Below are positions 22,434-35,300 of a stretch of 64,000 bases of DNA, piece by piece. The translations under genes were made by a program, and so were the position numbers. Below the pieces are notes generated by a model, which was not told the DNA's origin, searched no databases, and saw nothing but the letters and a program-made list of their open reading frames with translations. The stretch covers positions 90,086,001 to 90,150,000 of the forward strand of contig OZ360222.1 of assembly GCA_977017645.1 (NCBI GenBank). The letters are read 5' to 3'. How positions within the stretch are numbered: the first letter of the stretch is position 1; each line of letters starts with the position of its first letter. The stretch is from Torpedo marmorata (lineage: Eukaryota).

Positions 22434-23671
22434 AGAATCAGAATCAGAATTAGAATCAGAATTTATTATCATGAACAAGTCACGAAATTCATTGTTTTGC
22501 AGCAGCATCACAGTGCAAACATTCATATTATAAAACATTCTACAAAAATAAATAAAAATAGTGCCCGAAAAGTTAAAGTAAGGCAGTGTCTTTGGTTCAT
22601 TGATTATTCAGGAATCTGATGGCAGCGGGGAAGAAGCTGTCCTTGTGCTGTTGAGTGTTCGTCTTTAGGCTCCTGTACCTTTTTCCCGATGGTAGCAGAG
22701 TGAAGAGGGCATGGCCTGGGTGGTGGGGGTCTTTGAGGACAGAGGCTGTTTTCTTAAGACACCGCCTCTTGTAGATGTCCTTGATGGAGTGAAGTCTGGT
22801 GGCCGTGATTTCGCAGGCTGAGTTAACAACCCTCTGGAGTTTACTATTGTCCTCAGCGTTGGCACCTCTGTACCAGACAGTGATACAACCAGCCAGTATG
22901 CTCTCCACGGTACACCTGTAGAAGTTTATAAAAGTCATCGATGACATACTGAATCACCTCAAACACCTTACAAAGTATAGCCACTGGCGAGCCTTATTCA
23001 TGATTGCATCGACATTGAGTGTGCAGGACAAATCCTCGGAGATGTTGACACCCAGGAATTTGAAGTTCTTGACCCTCTCCACTACTAAGCCCTCGATGAG
23101 GACTGGGTCGTGTTCCCCTGACTTCCTCCTGAAGTCCACAATCATCTCCTTGGTTTTGCTAACGTTGAGCTCAAGGTTGTTGTCGTTACACTATTCAACG
23201 AGCTGATCTATCTCCCTCCTGTATGCTTCCTCATTGCCATTTGTGATTCTGCCGACAACTGTGGTGTCATCGGAAAATTTGTAGATAGCTATGGAATTGT
23301 ATAGTGAGTAGAGCAGTGGGCTAAGTATGCATCCTTGAGGTGCGCCTGTGTTGATAGTCAGTGAGGAGGAGACGTTGTTTCCAATTCGTACTGACTGTGG
23401 TCTTCCGATGAGGAAGTCAAGGATCCAGTTGCAGAGGGGGGTATAGAGGCCCAGAGTTTGCAGCTTCTTGACCAGCAGAGGGAATAATGGTTTTGAAGGC
23501 TGAGCTGTAGTCTATGAAGAGCAGCCGTATGTATGAATTGCTGTTTTCGAGGTGATCCAGAGCTGAGTGGAGAGCCAGTGATATTGCGTCTGCTGTGGAG
23601 CGATAGTGACGATAGGTGAATTGTAGTGGGTCCAGACCTCTGCTTAAGTACGTGTTAATACTGGCCATGAC
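22434..23671 (-). mobile_element. Rex1-type LINE, 5'-truncated, with (gattct)n tail
   Basis: RT motifs [34 protein letters not shown]; plus-strand agaatc repeats at 22434-22462. Confidence 0.9.
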
Positions 23672-23910
23672 CTGTGCAATGTCTCACAATTCACTGCACA
23701 TCTTCATATCCGAGTAATCACCCAGGATCTGTTTTCACCAAGAAATGGTTTCATCTGCTTTGTGAGGAGCAGGTACTATCTCAGGTACCAGGATTTGCAG
23801 CATTGCTGGATTTCCATGAGTTCAGGCAGGAATTGACTGCATTGATACCCAAAAGGCTACCCTTATTAACTTGGACCTGGTTTAATTGGAAAAATTTCCA
23901 CTCCTTTCTG

Positions 23911-24232
23911 GACCATAAGATCATAAGATATAGGAGCAGAAATAGGCCATTCGGCCCATCGAGTCTGCTCAGCCATTCCACCATGAACCGATCCAATCTC
24001 CCGCTCAGCCCCACTCCCCTGCCTTCTCCCCATAACCTTTCATACCCTGACTATTCAGATACCTATCAATCTCTGCCTTAAATTCACCAACGACCTGGCC
24101 TCCACAGCCGCCCGTGGCAGCATATTCCAGAGGTTCACCACTCTCTGGCAAAAGAAATTCCTCCGCATCTCTGTTTTAAATAGGCGCCCTTCAATCTTGA
24201 AGTTGTGCCCTCTTGTCCTTGACTCCCCTACC
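23911..24232 (-). mobile_element. CR1 LINE 3' end
   Basis: SRTRGHNFKI..RRNFFCQRVVNLWN; ccataaga tail repeats. Confidence 0.85.
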
Positions 24233-25561
24233 TCATGGTGAATGTCATCTAATTTTTTTTTGTTGTCTATGAAGCAGATGCTAAGATACTGATACCAAAA
24301 TAAATTTCCAGATGCAAACCAAATGACTGTCTTCCATAAGACCATAAGTGAGAGGAGCAGAATGAGGCCATTTCCATTGAGTCTGCTCTGCCATTCAAAT
24401 CATGGCTGATCTATTCTTCCTTGCAACCCCATTTTCCTGCCTTCTCTCTTTAACCTTTGATGCCCTTACTAATCAAGAACCTATCAACCTCCGTTTTAAA
24501 TCTCCCTAATAACTTGGCCTCCACAACTGATTGTGGCAATGATTTTCATAGATTCACAACCGTCTGGCTGAAGGAAATTCTCATCATCTCTGAGACAAGG
24601 GGATATCCTTTTATTCTGAGGCTGTGCCCTCAGGTTCTAGACTCCCCCACTACTGGAAATATCTTCTCCGTGTCCACTCGATCTAGCCCTTTCAATATTT
24701 GGTATGTTTCAGTGAGATCTCCCCGCATCGTTCTCAACTCCAGTGAGAACAGGCCCAGAGCCATCAAATGCTCCTCATACGTTAACTCTTTTATCCCTGG
24801 GATCATTCTCGTAAACCTCCTCTGGACCCTCCAACGTCAGCGAATCCTTCTTTAGATAAGGGGCCCAAAACTGCTCACAATACTTCAAATATGGTCGGAC
24901 CAACACCTTATAAAGCCTCAGTATTACATCTTTGTTTTTATATTCTAGTCCTCTCAAAATGAATCCTGACTATCAACTCAACCTGAAAGTTAACCTTCAG
25001 GGAATCCTGCACAAGGACTCCAAAGTCCCTTTAAACCTCCAGTTTCTGAATTTTCTCTCCATTTAGAAAGTAGTTTATGCCTCTATTCCTTTTATTAAAG
25101 TGCATGACCATACACTTTCCTATGCTGTATTCTACCTGCCACTTATTTGCCCATTTTCCCAACCTGTCCAAGTCCCTCTGCAGACTCCCTACTTCCTCAA
25201 CATTACCCGTCCCTCCACCTATCTTCATATCATCTGCAAACTTGGTCACAAAGCCATCAATTCTGTCATCTAAACAATTTACATACAGCGTAAAAAGTAG
25301 CCAACCCAACAACCACCCCTGCGGAACACCTCTAGTCACCGCCAGCCAGCCAGAAAAGGCCCACTTGTTTCCCACTCTTTGCTTTCTGCAGTAACCAATC
25401 TTCTATCCATGCTAGTACCTTTCCTGTAATATCATGCACTCCTATCTTACTCATCAGCATAATGCCAAAAGCCTTCTGAAAATCCAAATAACATTCACCG
25501 ACTCTCCTTTGTCTGTCCTGTATGATATTTCCTCAAAGAATTCCAACAGATTTGTCAAGTA

Positions 25562-26873
25562 TACAAAGCGAGGGCGAACACTATAGACGGCTGTGATGCT
25601 TAACTACCCGATGAGCTGAACACCTTCTATGCCCGCTTTGAGAAGAAGAACAAAACAGTGCCTAATAGAATCCCTGAAAAGGCTGAGGACCCTGTGATAT
25701 CTGTCTCTGAGGGCAACGTCAGAACATCATTCAAGAGGGTGAACCCTCGCAAAGCATCAGGCCCTGACGGCGTACCTGGCAGGGTATTGAAAATCTGTGC
25801 CAACCAACTAGCCGGAGTGTTCACGGACATTTTCAACCTCTCATTGTGGCAGTCAGAGGTTCCCACCTGCTTCAAAAGGGCATCAATCATCCCGGTACCC
25901 AAGAAGAGTAGTGTGAGCTGCCTCAACGACTACCGCCCAGTAGCACTAACTTCTACTGTGATGAAATGCTTTGAGAGGCTGGTCATGGCCAGAATTAACA
26001 CATACCTAAGCAAAGATCTGGACCCACTGCAATTCGCCTATCGCCACAATCGCTCCACAGCAGATGCAATATCGTTGGCTCTCCACTCAGCTCTGGATCA
26101 CCTTGAAAACAGCAATTCATACATACGGTTGCTCTTCATCGACTACAGCTCGGCCTTCAATACCATTATTCCCTCAGTGCTGGTCGAGAAGCTACAAACT
26201 CTAGGCCTCTGTACCCCCCTCTGCAACTGGATCCTTGACTTTCTCATCAGAAGACCACAGTCAGTACGAATTGGAAACAACGTCTCCTCCTCACTGATTA
26301 TCAACACAGGCGCACCCCAAGGATGCGTGCTTAGTCCACTGCTCTACTCGTTATACACTCATGACTGTGTGGCCAGGCACAATTCCAATGCCATATACAA
26401 GTTTGCCGATGACACCACAGTTGTCGGCAGAATCACAAACGGCAATGAGGAAGCGTACAGGAGGGAGATAGATCAACTCGTTGAATGGTGTAATGACAAC
26501 AACCTTGAGCTCAACGTCAGCAAAACCAAGGAGATGATTGTGGACTTCCGGAGGAAGTCAGGGGAACACGACCCAGTCCTCATCGAGGGCTCAGTCGTGG
26601 AGAGGGTCAAGAACTTCAAATTCCTGGGTGTCAACATCTCCGAGGATCTGTCCTGGAGCATCCACATGGATGCAATCACAAAGAAGGCTTGTCAGCGGCT
26701 ATACTTTGTGAGGTGTTTGCGGAGATTCGGTATGTCACCAAAGACTCTCGTAAACTTCTACAGGTGTACCGTGGAGAGCATTCTGGCTGGTTGCATCACT
26801 GCCTGGTATGGTGGCGCCAACTCCCAGGACAAGAGTAAACTCCAGAAGGTTGTTAACTCGGCCTGTGACATCA
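25562..26873 (+). mobile_element. Rex1-type LINE internal segment, truncated at both ends, flanked by caagta
   Basis: caagta at 25556-25561 and 26874-26879; no 3' tail. Confidence 0.85.
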
Positions 26874-26899
26874 CAAGTACCTCAAAAACTCATCCTTAA
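25658..26899 (+). CDS. Rex1-type non-LTR reverse transcriptase domain (open 413-codon frame, partial)
   Basis: [40 protein letters not shown]; no stops or frameshifts. Confidence 0.85.
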   Translation: MPNRIPEKAEDPVISVSEGNVRTSFKRVNPRKASGPDGVPGRVLKICANQLAGVFTDIFNLSLWQSEVPTCFKRASIIPVPKKSSVSCLNDYRPVALTSTVMKCFERLVMARINTYLSKDLDPLQFAYRHNRSTADAISLALHSALDHLENSNSYIRLLFIDYSSAFNTIIPSVLVEKLQTLGLCTPLCNWILDFLIRRPQSVRIGNNVSSSLIINTGAPQGCVLSPLLYSLYTHDCVARHNSNAIYKFADDTTVVGRITNGNEEAYRREIDQLVEWCNDNNLELNVSKTKEMIVDFRRKSGEHDPVLIEGSVVERVKNFKFLGVNISEDLSWSIHMDAITKKACQRLYFVRCLRRFGMSPKTLVNFYRCTVESILAGCITAWYGGANSQDKSKLQKVVNSACDITSTSKTHP

Positions 26900-27799
26900 T
26901 ACTGGACTCTAGAATCTTGCCAATCACTGAAGTCAGGCTAGCCGGACTATAGTTTCCTGTCTTTTGCATCTCTCACTTCTTAGAGTGAGTGACATTTGTA
27001 ATTTTCCAGTTCACTGGAACCATTCTCGATTCTAGCTATTCTCGAAAGATCACCACTAATGCGTTCACAATCACTTCAGCTTCATCTTTAAGAACCCTGG
27101 GGTGTAGTCCATCTGGTCCAGGTGACTTATCCACCTTCTGCCCCTTCAACTTCCCAAACACCTTCTCCTTAGCACATCAATAAACAGCTGGAAGATCTGA
27201 TTGCATACTGTGGTGATGAATCATTGGGCTGAATACAGCACATGGATAAATGAGTCACCTATTCCTCAGTCACTTTATCTAATTCCATTAAGCTTCCATT
27301 AATTTTAACTCAATATATAGTATATATATCTAGGTTCCCTTCAAGGTGTCTTTTCTGTTTGTATTATCTACCCTATGTTCTACCTGCACTCTGGTCAAGA
27401 ATTTATTAATAATTCAATCCAATAAGGAACTGAGCCTAATGAGCAACATATAGTGTAACAATTATTAGGTTTGTATAACGCCAATCAAAGTGGACTGACT
27501 GCAATTAAAAGGCAGAATATGATGAAAAAATATATTTGCCGACTGATGAGAACCTGCTTCTCAGTGTTATGCAAAGATTAGGAATTGCATGATTAAGCAT
27601 AATTAGTCCATTGGGATTTCCTGCTAAGATCAGATATCTGGAACTCAAGTAACTTCATGTAAATATCTTTCTTGCAATATGTGACCCTTGTAGCTACAAT
27701 ACAAGGGTGAACTGGCGAAACTTTCTGATTTTGTCGATTTCAATTCGGGTGTTAAGTGCAGCATTTGGAAGCTGCCATGTTTTAGCACAATGTCTATGA

Positions 27800-28019
27800 C
27801 AGTGGTTCTCAACCTTTTTCTTTCCGCTCACATACACCTTAAGTAATCCCTTACCACAGAGCACCTATGCCATAAGCGCTCTATGGTTAGAAAGGGATTA
27901 CTTAAGGTGGTATGTGAGTGGAAAGAAAAAAGTTGAGAACCACTGTCATAGGTGCTCTGTGATTAGTAAGGGGTGACTTAAGGTGGTATGTGAGTGGAAA
28001 AAAAGGGTGAGAACCACTG
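27800..28019. mobile_element. hAT (Charlie-like) palindromic MITE with a duplicated right arm
   Basis: TIR cagtggttctcaac; right TIRs end at 27945 and 28019; 8-bp TSD gtctatga / ctctatga. Confidence 0.85.
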
Positions 28020-28336
28020 CTCTATGATCAATGGCAATCACAACTGCAGCAAATGTTATTGAGCTGGAGCCTAAAATGTGATGCATCAGGGAGGGGGAAA
28101 CATACCTGGTCATATTCTTTCTGGAGGGAGTCATTGCCCTTAGTTTAAGTATTGCAGAACTAGTCAATTAAAAAGGATAGGAAGATGTAGCTACAAGTAA
28201 GGCAGGCGAACAGATCAAATATGTAATACTTGAGGATCCTCAGTCCTTACATTTAACAACGTGCACAATTCTTGCTATACGTGTGAACAAGAGCAAAAGG
28301 AGGATGAGGAAACCAACCTCAGGACAACCTGAATTC

Positions 28337-28930
28337 CCAGCTATGGCAGGGAGTGCAGGCCATTACAGCCTACAAAGCGAGGGCGATTACTATAGACGGC
28401 TGTGATGCTTCATTACCCAATGAGCTGACACCTTCTATGCCTGCTTTGAGAAGAAGAACCAAACAGTGCCTACTAGAATCCCTGAAAAGGCTAAGGGCCC
28501 TGTGATATCTGTCTCTGAGGGTGACGTCAGAACATCATTCAAGAGGGTGAACCCTCGCAAGGCGTCAGGCCCTGACGGCGTACCTGGCAGTGTACTGAAA
28601 ATCTGCGCCAATCAACTAGCCGGAGTGTTCACGGACATTTTTAACCTCTCATTGCGGCAGTCAGAGGTTCCCACCTGCTTCAAAAGTGCATCAATCATAC
28701 CGGTACCCAAGAAGAGTAGTGTGACCTCCTCAATGACTACCACCCAGTAGCACTAACTTCTACTGTGATGAAATGCTTTGAGAGGCTGGTCATGGAAAGA
28801 ATTAACACATACCTAAGCAAAGATCTGGACCCACTGCAATTCGCCTATTGTCACAATTGCTCCACAGCAGATGCAATATCGCTGGCTCTCCACTCAGCTC
28901 TGGATCACCTCAAAAACAGCAATTCATACA
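28337..28930 (+). mobile_element. Rex1-type LINE internal fragment
   Basis: Highly similar to 25562-26125 ([19 protein letters not shown]). Confidence 0.85.
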
Positions 28931-29469
28931 ACTAAATAATGGAATGGAGATATTTGCAGTTATCATTGTGGAGGAAAAAGTGGCATTAAAATAGTGCAGT
29001 CAGTCCATTTGTGGTGTTGACTTTATGATTAGTGTAGTAAGGGGAGGCCCGAGCCTGATAGCTGTTGGATAGAAACTGTTCTTGAACCTAGATGGGCCAA
29101 AGATCCTCTTTCTCTGCTGTAGTGTTCTATGGTTCTCTGGTTCGAGAGGTTCTGGACTTTGGGCATCTCTACTTCCTGAAGCTAGCAGCAAAAAATGGTT
29201 GTGTCCAGGGTGATGGTGGTCCTTTATGATGATGGCTGCCTTCTTGAGGCAATATCTCATGTTGATGTTTTCAGTGGATGGGAGGTCAGAACTGTGATAG
29301 ACCTGGTTATGTTTTCTACCCTGTGCAGCCTGTTACTAGAATTACCAATGCACTGTGCACCTCTACAAGTTTGATAGAGTATTCAATGACATGTCAAATC
29401 TCCTCAGACTTCTTAGAAAGTAGAGGCAATGGTGAGATTCCTTCATGTTTACCTCGATATGATCGCTCT

Positions 29470-29743
29470 TGGCAGCACGGTTAGCGCAACGCCTTTACAG
29501 CGCCAGCGATCAGGACCGAGGTTTGAATCCTGCACTGTCTGTAAGGAGTTTCTACGTTCTCCCTGTGTCTGTGTGGGTTTGCCACGGGGGTTCTGATTTC
29601 CTTCCACTGTTCGAAATGTACCGGGGGTGTAGGTTTATTGGGTGTAAATTGGGCGGCATGGACTCGTGGGACGAAATGGCCTGTTAGCATGCTGTATGTC
29701 TAAATTTTAAAAATTAAAATATTTAAAAATCTAAATTTAAAAA
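29470..29743 (+). mobile_element. tRNA-derived V-SINE (HE1-like)
   Basis: ggttagcgcaacgcctttacag, B-box-like ggtttgaatcc, V-domain, AT-rich tail. Confidence 0.85.
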
Positions 29744-30092
29744 GTCTTCTTATATATACACTCCCAGGAATGTGAAGGTAATAACCCTCTCCACCTCTGT
29801 CCCATCAATGTAGAGAGGTGTGTGACCCCTCAGTCTCCCCTTCCTAAAATCAATAATAAGCTCCTTGGTCTTGGTGGCGATCAGAGCAAGATTGTTGTTC
29901 TGATACCACCCAACCAGGTTCTTGATCTCCATCCTGTATTCTGACTCATCATTTCCAGTTGTTCTTCCAACAATAATGTTATCATCAGTGAATTTGTAGA
30001 TTGCGTTGGAGCTGAATTTAGCTGCACAGTCATGGATGTACAGGGAATAGAGCAGGGGACGAAGTACATAGCCTCGGGGTGCCGCCGTGTTG

Positions 30093-30355
30093 TTTTTTTT
30101 AAAATTTAGACATGCAGCACAGTAACAGGCCATTTCGGCCCATGAGTCCGTGCCGCCCAATTTACACTCCATTAACCTACACCCCTGGTACGTTTTTGAA
30201 CGGTGGGAGGAAACCGGAGTCCCCGGAGAAAACCCATGCAGACACAGGGAGAACGTACAAACTCCTTACAGACATCGTGGGATTTTAACCCCGGTCTGGT
30301 CCCGATCTCTGTCGCTGTAAAGGCATTGCGCTAACCGCTACGTCAACCGTGCTGC
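30093..30355 (-). mobile_element. tRNA-derived V-SINE (HE1-like)
   Basis: Same family as 4651-4901. Confidence 0.85.
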
Positions 30356-32124
30356 GCATAATGCTCAGTGAGGAGGAGGTGATGTTACCGATATGCACTG
30401 ATTGTGGTTTGCTGATGAGGAAATCAAGGATCCAGTTGCAGAGGGACAAACAGAGTCCCAGACCCCTTAATTTGGTCACAAGTTTTGCAGGTATGATGGT
30501 GTTGAACGCTGAGCTACAGTCAATGAACAACAGCCTGACAAACTGAAGGTGATCTAATGCATAGTGGAGGGCCAGCGAGATGACATCTTCCATTGACCTG
30601 TTGTGATGGTAGGCAAATTGAAATGGTTCCAGGCCCTTCTGAGACAGAAGTTGATCTGCTCCATAACCAACTTTTCAAATCACTTCATCACAATTGACAA
30701 AAGTGTTACCAGCTGATAGTTGTTGAGGCAGGTCATCTTGCTTTTCTTGGGCATCGGTATAATGGATGTCCTTTTGAACCAGGTACAACCAAATAACAAG
30801 AATTGGGACAATTGAGAATACAAACATAAAAGTATACCTCCAATTGGAGTCAGACAAGGGAAAGATGGAAGATAAAAATGAATTGTGTGTAGCACTCAAA
30901 ATAAGATTAATTAATGGCATAAAAATAAATAAACAAGCCCAATCTAATTGAGGCTGAACTCTCCCATGCAATCTGGAAGGCAAAGCGCAGGTACACACTT
31001 AAGATCCACAGTCAGCTGTGAGACACTGGCGACATGAGCCATGTGACAAGGTATCAAAGCAATAACAGACCACAAGACCATCTTGCCTCCCTTCCGGACA
31101 GACTGAACATCTACGCCTGGTTCGACGAAAAGGGCAGGGTGATGTCTAAGAAAGCTCAGTCTCCCCCTGAAGAACAGGCCCTTTACAGCCATGGCCGAGG
31201 TGAGGAAAATCATAACCAGGGTGAATCCACACAAGGCAGCAGGACCAGACATCATACCCAGTCGGGTACTTAAGGACTGTGCCGACCATCCTTATGGAGA
31301 TCTTCAACATGTCATTGCAACAGTCTATCATTCCCTTGGTTTTCAAGGCAGCCACCATCATTCCGGTTCCAAAGAAGGCGACAGGCCTCAACGACAGTAA
31401 CAGGCCTCAACGACTGCCGCTCAGTGGCACTGACCTTCACCATTATGAAATTCTTCGAGCGTCTGGTGATGGAACGTATCAAAGTGCACCTCCCAGAGAC
31501 ATTGGACCTATTTCAATTTGCCTACAGGCAGAAACGTTCCACTGATAGTCTTGTCCCTCCACTCCTTTCTGACCCACCTGGAGAATGACACTTCATAGGC
31601 CAGGCTGCTGTTCATTGACTTCAGCTAGGCATTTAGTACAATCATACCCCAGAGGCTGGTGGAGAAGCTGTCCTTGCTGGAACTCAACTCCCCTCTCTGT
31701 AACTGGATTCTGGTGCACCTTAGGGCTGTGTGCTCAGTCATCTCTGCTTACACTTCTGACCCACGACTGCAACACCAGATCCAGCTCCAACAGAGTCATC
31801 AAGTTTGTAGATGACACGACAGTAGTGATCCTCATCAGCAACAATGATGAGTTGCAATACAGAGAAGAGGTGGAAAATCTAGTAATATGGTGTGACATTA
31901 ACAACCTGAGTCTCAACATGGACAAGATGAAGGAGATGATTGTGGACTTCAGGAGGACCAGGGACGACCAGCCTCCACTACATATTATTAGCTTGGTAGT
32001 GGAGAGAGTGGAGAGCACCAAGTTCCTCAGAGTCCACTTAAGAAGTGACCTAAAGTAAAAAACACAAATGCTGGAGAAACTCAGCAGGTCAAACAGTGTC
32101 TTTTATGTAGCAAAGGTAGAAATA

Positions 32125-32165
32125 CATAACCGACGTTTCGGACTTTAGGCCTTCATCAAAGTATG
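32125..32165 (-). ncRNA. Minimal type I hammerhead ribozyme motif in the 3' pseudo-LTR
   Basis: CATACT-TTGATGA-A-GGCCTAAAGTCC-GAAAC-GTC^GGTTATG. Stem I CAUACU/GGUUAUG has one bulge; the core carries C3U. Confidence 0.7.
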
Positions 32166-32393
32166 AGAAAATGCCGGCAGGCGTCCGAACAAAAGAGTGA
32201 GGGGGGAAGGGGGGGGGTGGCAAAGGCAGGAGATGATAGGTGGAGAAAGGAGGGAGGGGACAGCAGCAAAGAGGGGGAGGAGGGATGGCTGGGAGGGTGG
32301 AAAAAAACCAGGAAGGACAGGTGAGGGGGGAGGGGAAGGAAAAGACAAGCAGGTTCAGTGGAAATCAGAAAAGTCAATGTTAATGCCATCTGG

Positions 32394-35300
32394 CTAGAGA
32401 GTGCCCAGATGGAAAATGAGATGATGATCCTCCAATTTGCGGGTAGTCTGGGTGGGATAGTACATAACGCCATGGACAGACATGTGAGTGCGGGAGTGTG
32501 ACCCGGAATTGAAATGTTTGGCTACTGGGAGGTCGCTGTTGTTGCGGACGGAGAGGAGGTGCTCAGCAAAGCGATCTCCCAATCTACGACCGGTCTCTCC
32601 GATGTAGAGAAAGCCACAAAGGGAGCACCAGATGCAGTAAATAAGTTCTCTGGATGTACAAGTGAAGTGTAGTTTCACTTGGAAGGCCTGATGGGGGACC
32701 CAGACCGAGATGAGGGGGGAGGTGTGGGCGCAGGTGTTGCACCTCCTGCGGGCACAGGGGAAGGTGCCGGGGGTGCGATGGGTGGGGAGGGATGAGTGCA
32801 CGAGGGAATCGCGGAGGGAGCGGTCCCTTTGGAAGGCCGAGAGGGGAGGAGAAGGAAAAATGTGTCTGGTGGTGGGATCCTGTAGTAAGTGCCGGAAATT
32901 CCAGCGGATAATGTGTTGGATGTGGAGGCTGGTAGGGTGGTAGGTGAGGATGAGGGGGATTCTATGTTTGTTGCGTCTGGGGGCAGAGGGGGCCAGGGCA
33001 GATGATCGGGAAATGGAGGAGATGCGGGTGAGGGCTGAGTTGATGGTGGTGGAGGGGAAGCTACGTTTGTGGAAAAAGGCAGACATTTCAGAAGATCTGG
33101 ACTGGAACACCTCATCTTGGGAACAGATGCGGCGGAGATGGAGAAATTGAGAGAAGGGGATGGAATCCTTGCAGGGGACAGGGTGTGAGGAAATGTAGTC
33201 CAGATAGTTGTGGGAGTTGGAGGGTTTGTAGTAAATGTCGGTGGAAAGCTTGTCTCCTGAGATGGAGACAGAGAGATCCAGGAAGGGGAGAGTGTTATCG
33301 GAGATGGACCAGGTGAGTTTGAGATCGTGGTGGAAGTTGGATGCGAGTGGATGAAGTTGACAAGCTCTTCGCGGGTGCATGAGGCAGCTCCAATGTAGTC
33401 GTCGATACAACGGAGGAAGAGATGAGGGGTCTTGCCTGTGTAGGCTTGCAGCATGGATTGCTCCACAAAGCCCACAAACAGGCAGGCGTAGCTGGGACCC
33501 ATGCGGGTACCCATGGCTGCTCCTTTGATTTGGAGGAAGTGGGATGAGTTGAAGGAGAAGTTATTGAGAGTGAGGACAAGTTCTGCCAGGCGGAGGAGGG
33601 TGGTGGTAGAGGGTGACTGGTCGGGTCTTTGGTCCAGGAAGAAGCGAAGTGCTTTCAGACCTTCTGTGTGGGGAATGGAGGTGGAAAGGGATTGGACATC
33701 CATGTTGAAGATGATGCGGTCCGGTTCAGGGAATCTGAAGTCATTGAGGAGATGGAGGGTATGTGAGGTGTCGTGGATGTAGGTGGGAAGGGATTGGACA
33801 AGGGGAGAAAAGATGGAGTCAAGGTAAGATGAAACTAGTTCGGTGGGGCAGGAGCAGGCAGAAACCATAGGTCTGCCCGGATGGTTGGGTTTGTGTATCT
33901 TGGGTAGAAGGTAGAAACGGGCAGTGCGGGGGTGGGAGAGAATGAAGTTGGTGGCCGTGGAGGGGAGGTGGCCAGAGGTGATGTGGTTGGAGATGGTGTT
34001 GGAGACAGTGGCTTGATGTGCAGTGGTGGGGTCCTGTGGGAAGGGTCGGTAGGAGGAGGTGTCTAAGAGCTGTCGACTGGCCTCGGCAAGGTCAGTGCTC
34101 CAGACCACAACCGCACCGCCCTTGTCTGCGGGTTTGATGGTGAGGTTGGGATTGTTGCGGAGAGAGGGAGGGCAGAGCATTCTGAGGAGGTGAGGTTGGA
34201 ATACGAGAGGGGGGTGGTGAAGTTGAGACGGTTGATGTCTCGGCGACAGTTGGAAATAAAAAGGTCCAGAGAGGACAGCTGGCCAGGACGAGGTGTCCAG
34301 GAAGAGGAAGAAGGCTTGAAGCGGGAGAAAGGGTCTTGGGTGGGGGGTGGAGAGTCACGGTCATGGAAGTGAGCCCGGAGGCGGATGCGACGGAAGAAGA
34401 GTTCGGCATCACGGCGTGCGCAGAACTCGTTGAGGTTTTGGCGGAGGGGGACGAAGGTAAGGCCTCTACTGAGGACGGAGCGCTCCGTCTCAGAGAGGGG
34501 AAGGTCAGAGGGGATAGTAAAAACCAAGCAGGGGTTAGAGTGGGGATCGGTGTTGTGGAGGGTGTTGGGGGAGGGTTGGGAAGGTCAGAGGGGGGAGGTG
34601 GAGGATGGGGGAGGTTGGAGGGAGGAGGAGGGGTGTTGGCGGGGGAGGCGGGGTCGGAGGTGGGGGGTGGGGGAGGTAGGAGGGTGGGAGAGGGGGGTAG
34701 GGAGGTTAGCCAGAGAGAGGGGGGGATGAGGTCTGAGGGTTGGGGAGGAAAGGGGGGCAGAGAGGGGGAGATGGGGGTGGAGTAGGGAGAGGTGTAGGAG
34801 GATAGGTAAGGAGTAGTGAGGGGGATTGGTAAGTGGGATCTAGTTGCGAGATGAGGACTCCAGTGGCAGTCAGCGTGGGAGGCTCCAGCAGGTAACAGTC
34901 TGTGTCGGGAGTCGGCAGTGGAGGTATCGGGAGCTCTGGTGAGTAGGGGCTCGGGGCCCGGGCTGAAGTGGGCGGCCGTGGCGTCGGGAGTACCGTCGTG
35001 TTGGCGCCCGGGGCGCGGGTAGGAGTGGGCGGCTGTGGCGTTGGGAGCTCCGGTGAGACGGCGGCCGGGGTCCAGGCTCGGGTTGGCGGCCGTGGCGTTG
35101 GGAGCTCATGTGAGACGGCGGCCGGTGTCCAGGCTCGGGTCGGTGGCCGTGGCATTGGGAGCTCCGGTGAGTCGGCGGCCGGGGTCCAGGCTCAGGTCGG
35201 CGGCCGTGGCGTTGGGAGGTCCGGTGAGACGGCGGCCGGGGTCCAGGCTCGGGTCAGCGGCCGTGGCGTTGGGAGCTCCGGTGAGTCGGCAGCTGGGACC

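Larger units (their letters stand above)
22361..24335 (+). pseudogene. Ancient Harbinger/HARBI1-like DDE transposase relic, split by Rex1 and CR1 insertions
   Basis: Hand translation with frameshifts: LVKVNV..NFFVTGSFQLATAD | [44 protein letters not shown]. These are in Harbinger motif order. Confidence 0.7.
24334..27172 (-). mobile_element. CR1 LINE fragment interrupted by a Rex1 copy (25562-26873)
   Basis: GVPQG..LG, KFADD, LYKVLVRP; CR1 sequence resumes after 26874 (SPGPDG-like region). Confidence 0.85.
29000..30785 (-). mobile_element. Older Rex1-type LINE fragment with two SINE insertions
   Basis: [26 protein letters not shown]. Confidence 0.8.

Noticed and set aside
27515-27600. ATGATGA...CTGA as a C/D box snoRNA
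   Set aside because: No terminal D box at the expected distance, no terminal stem, and no recognisable guide.
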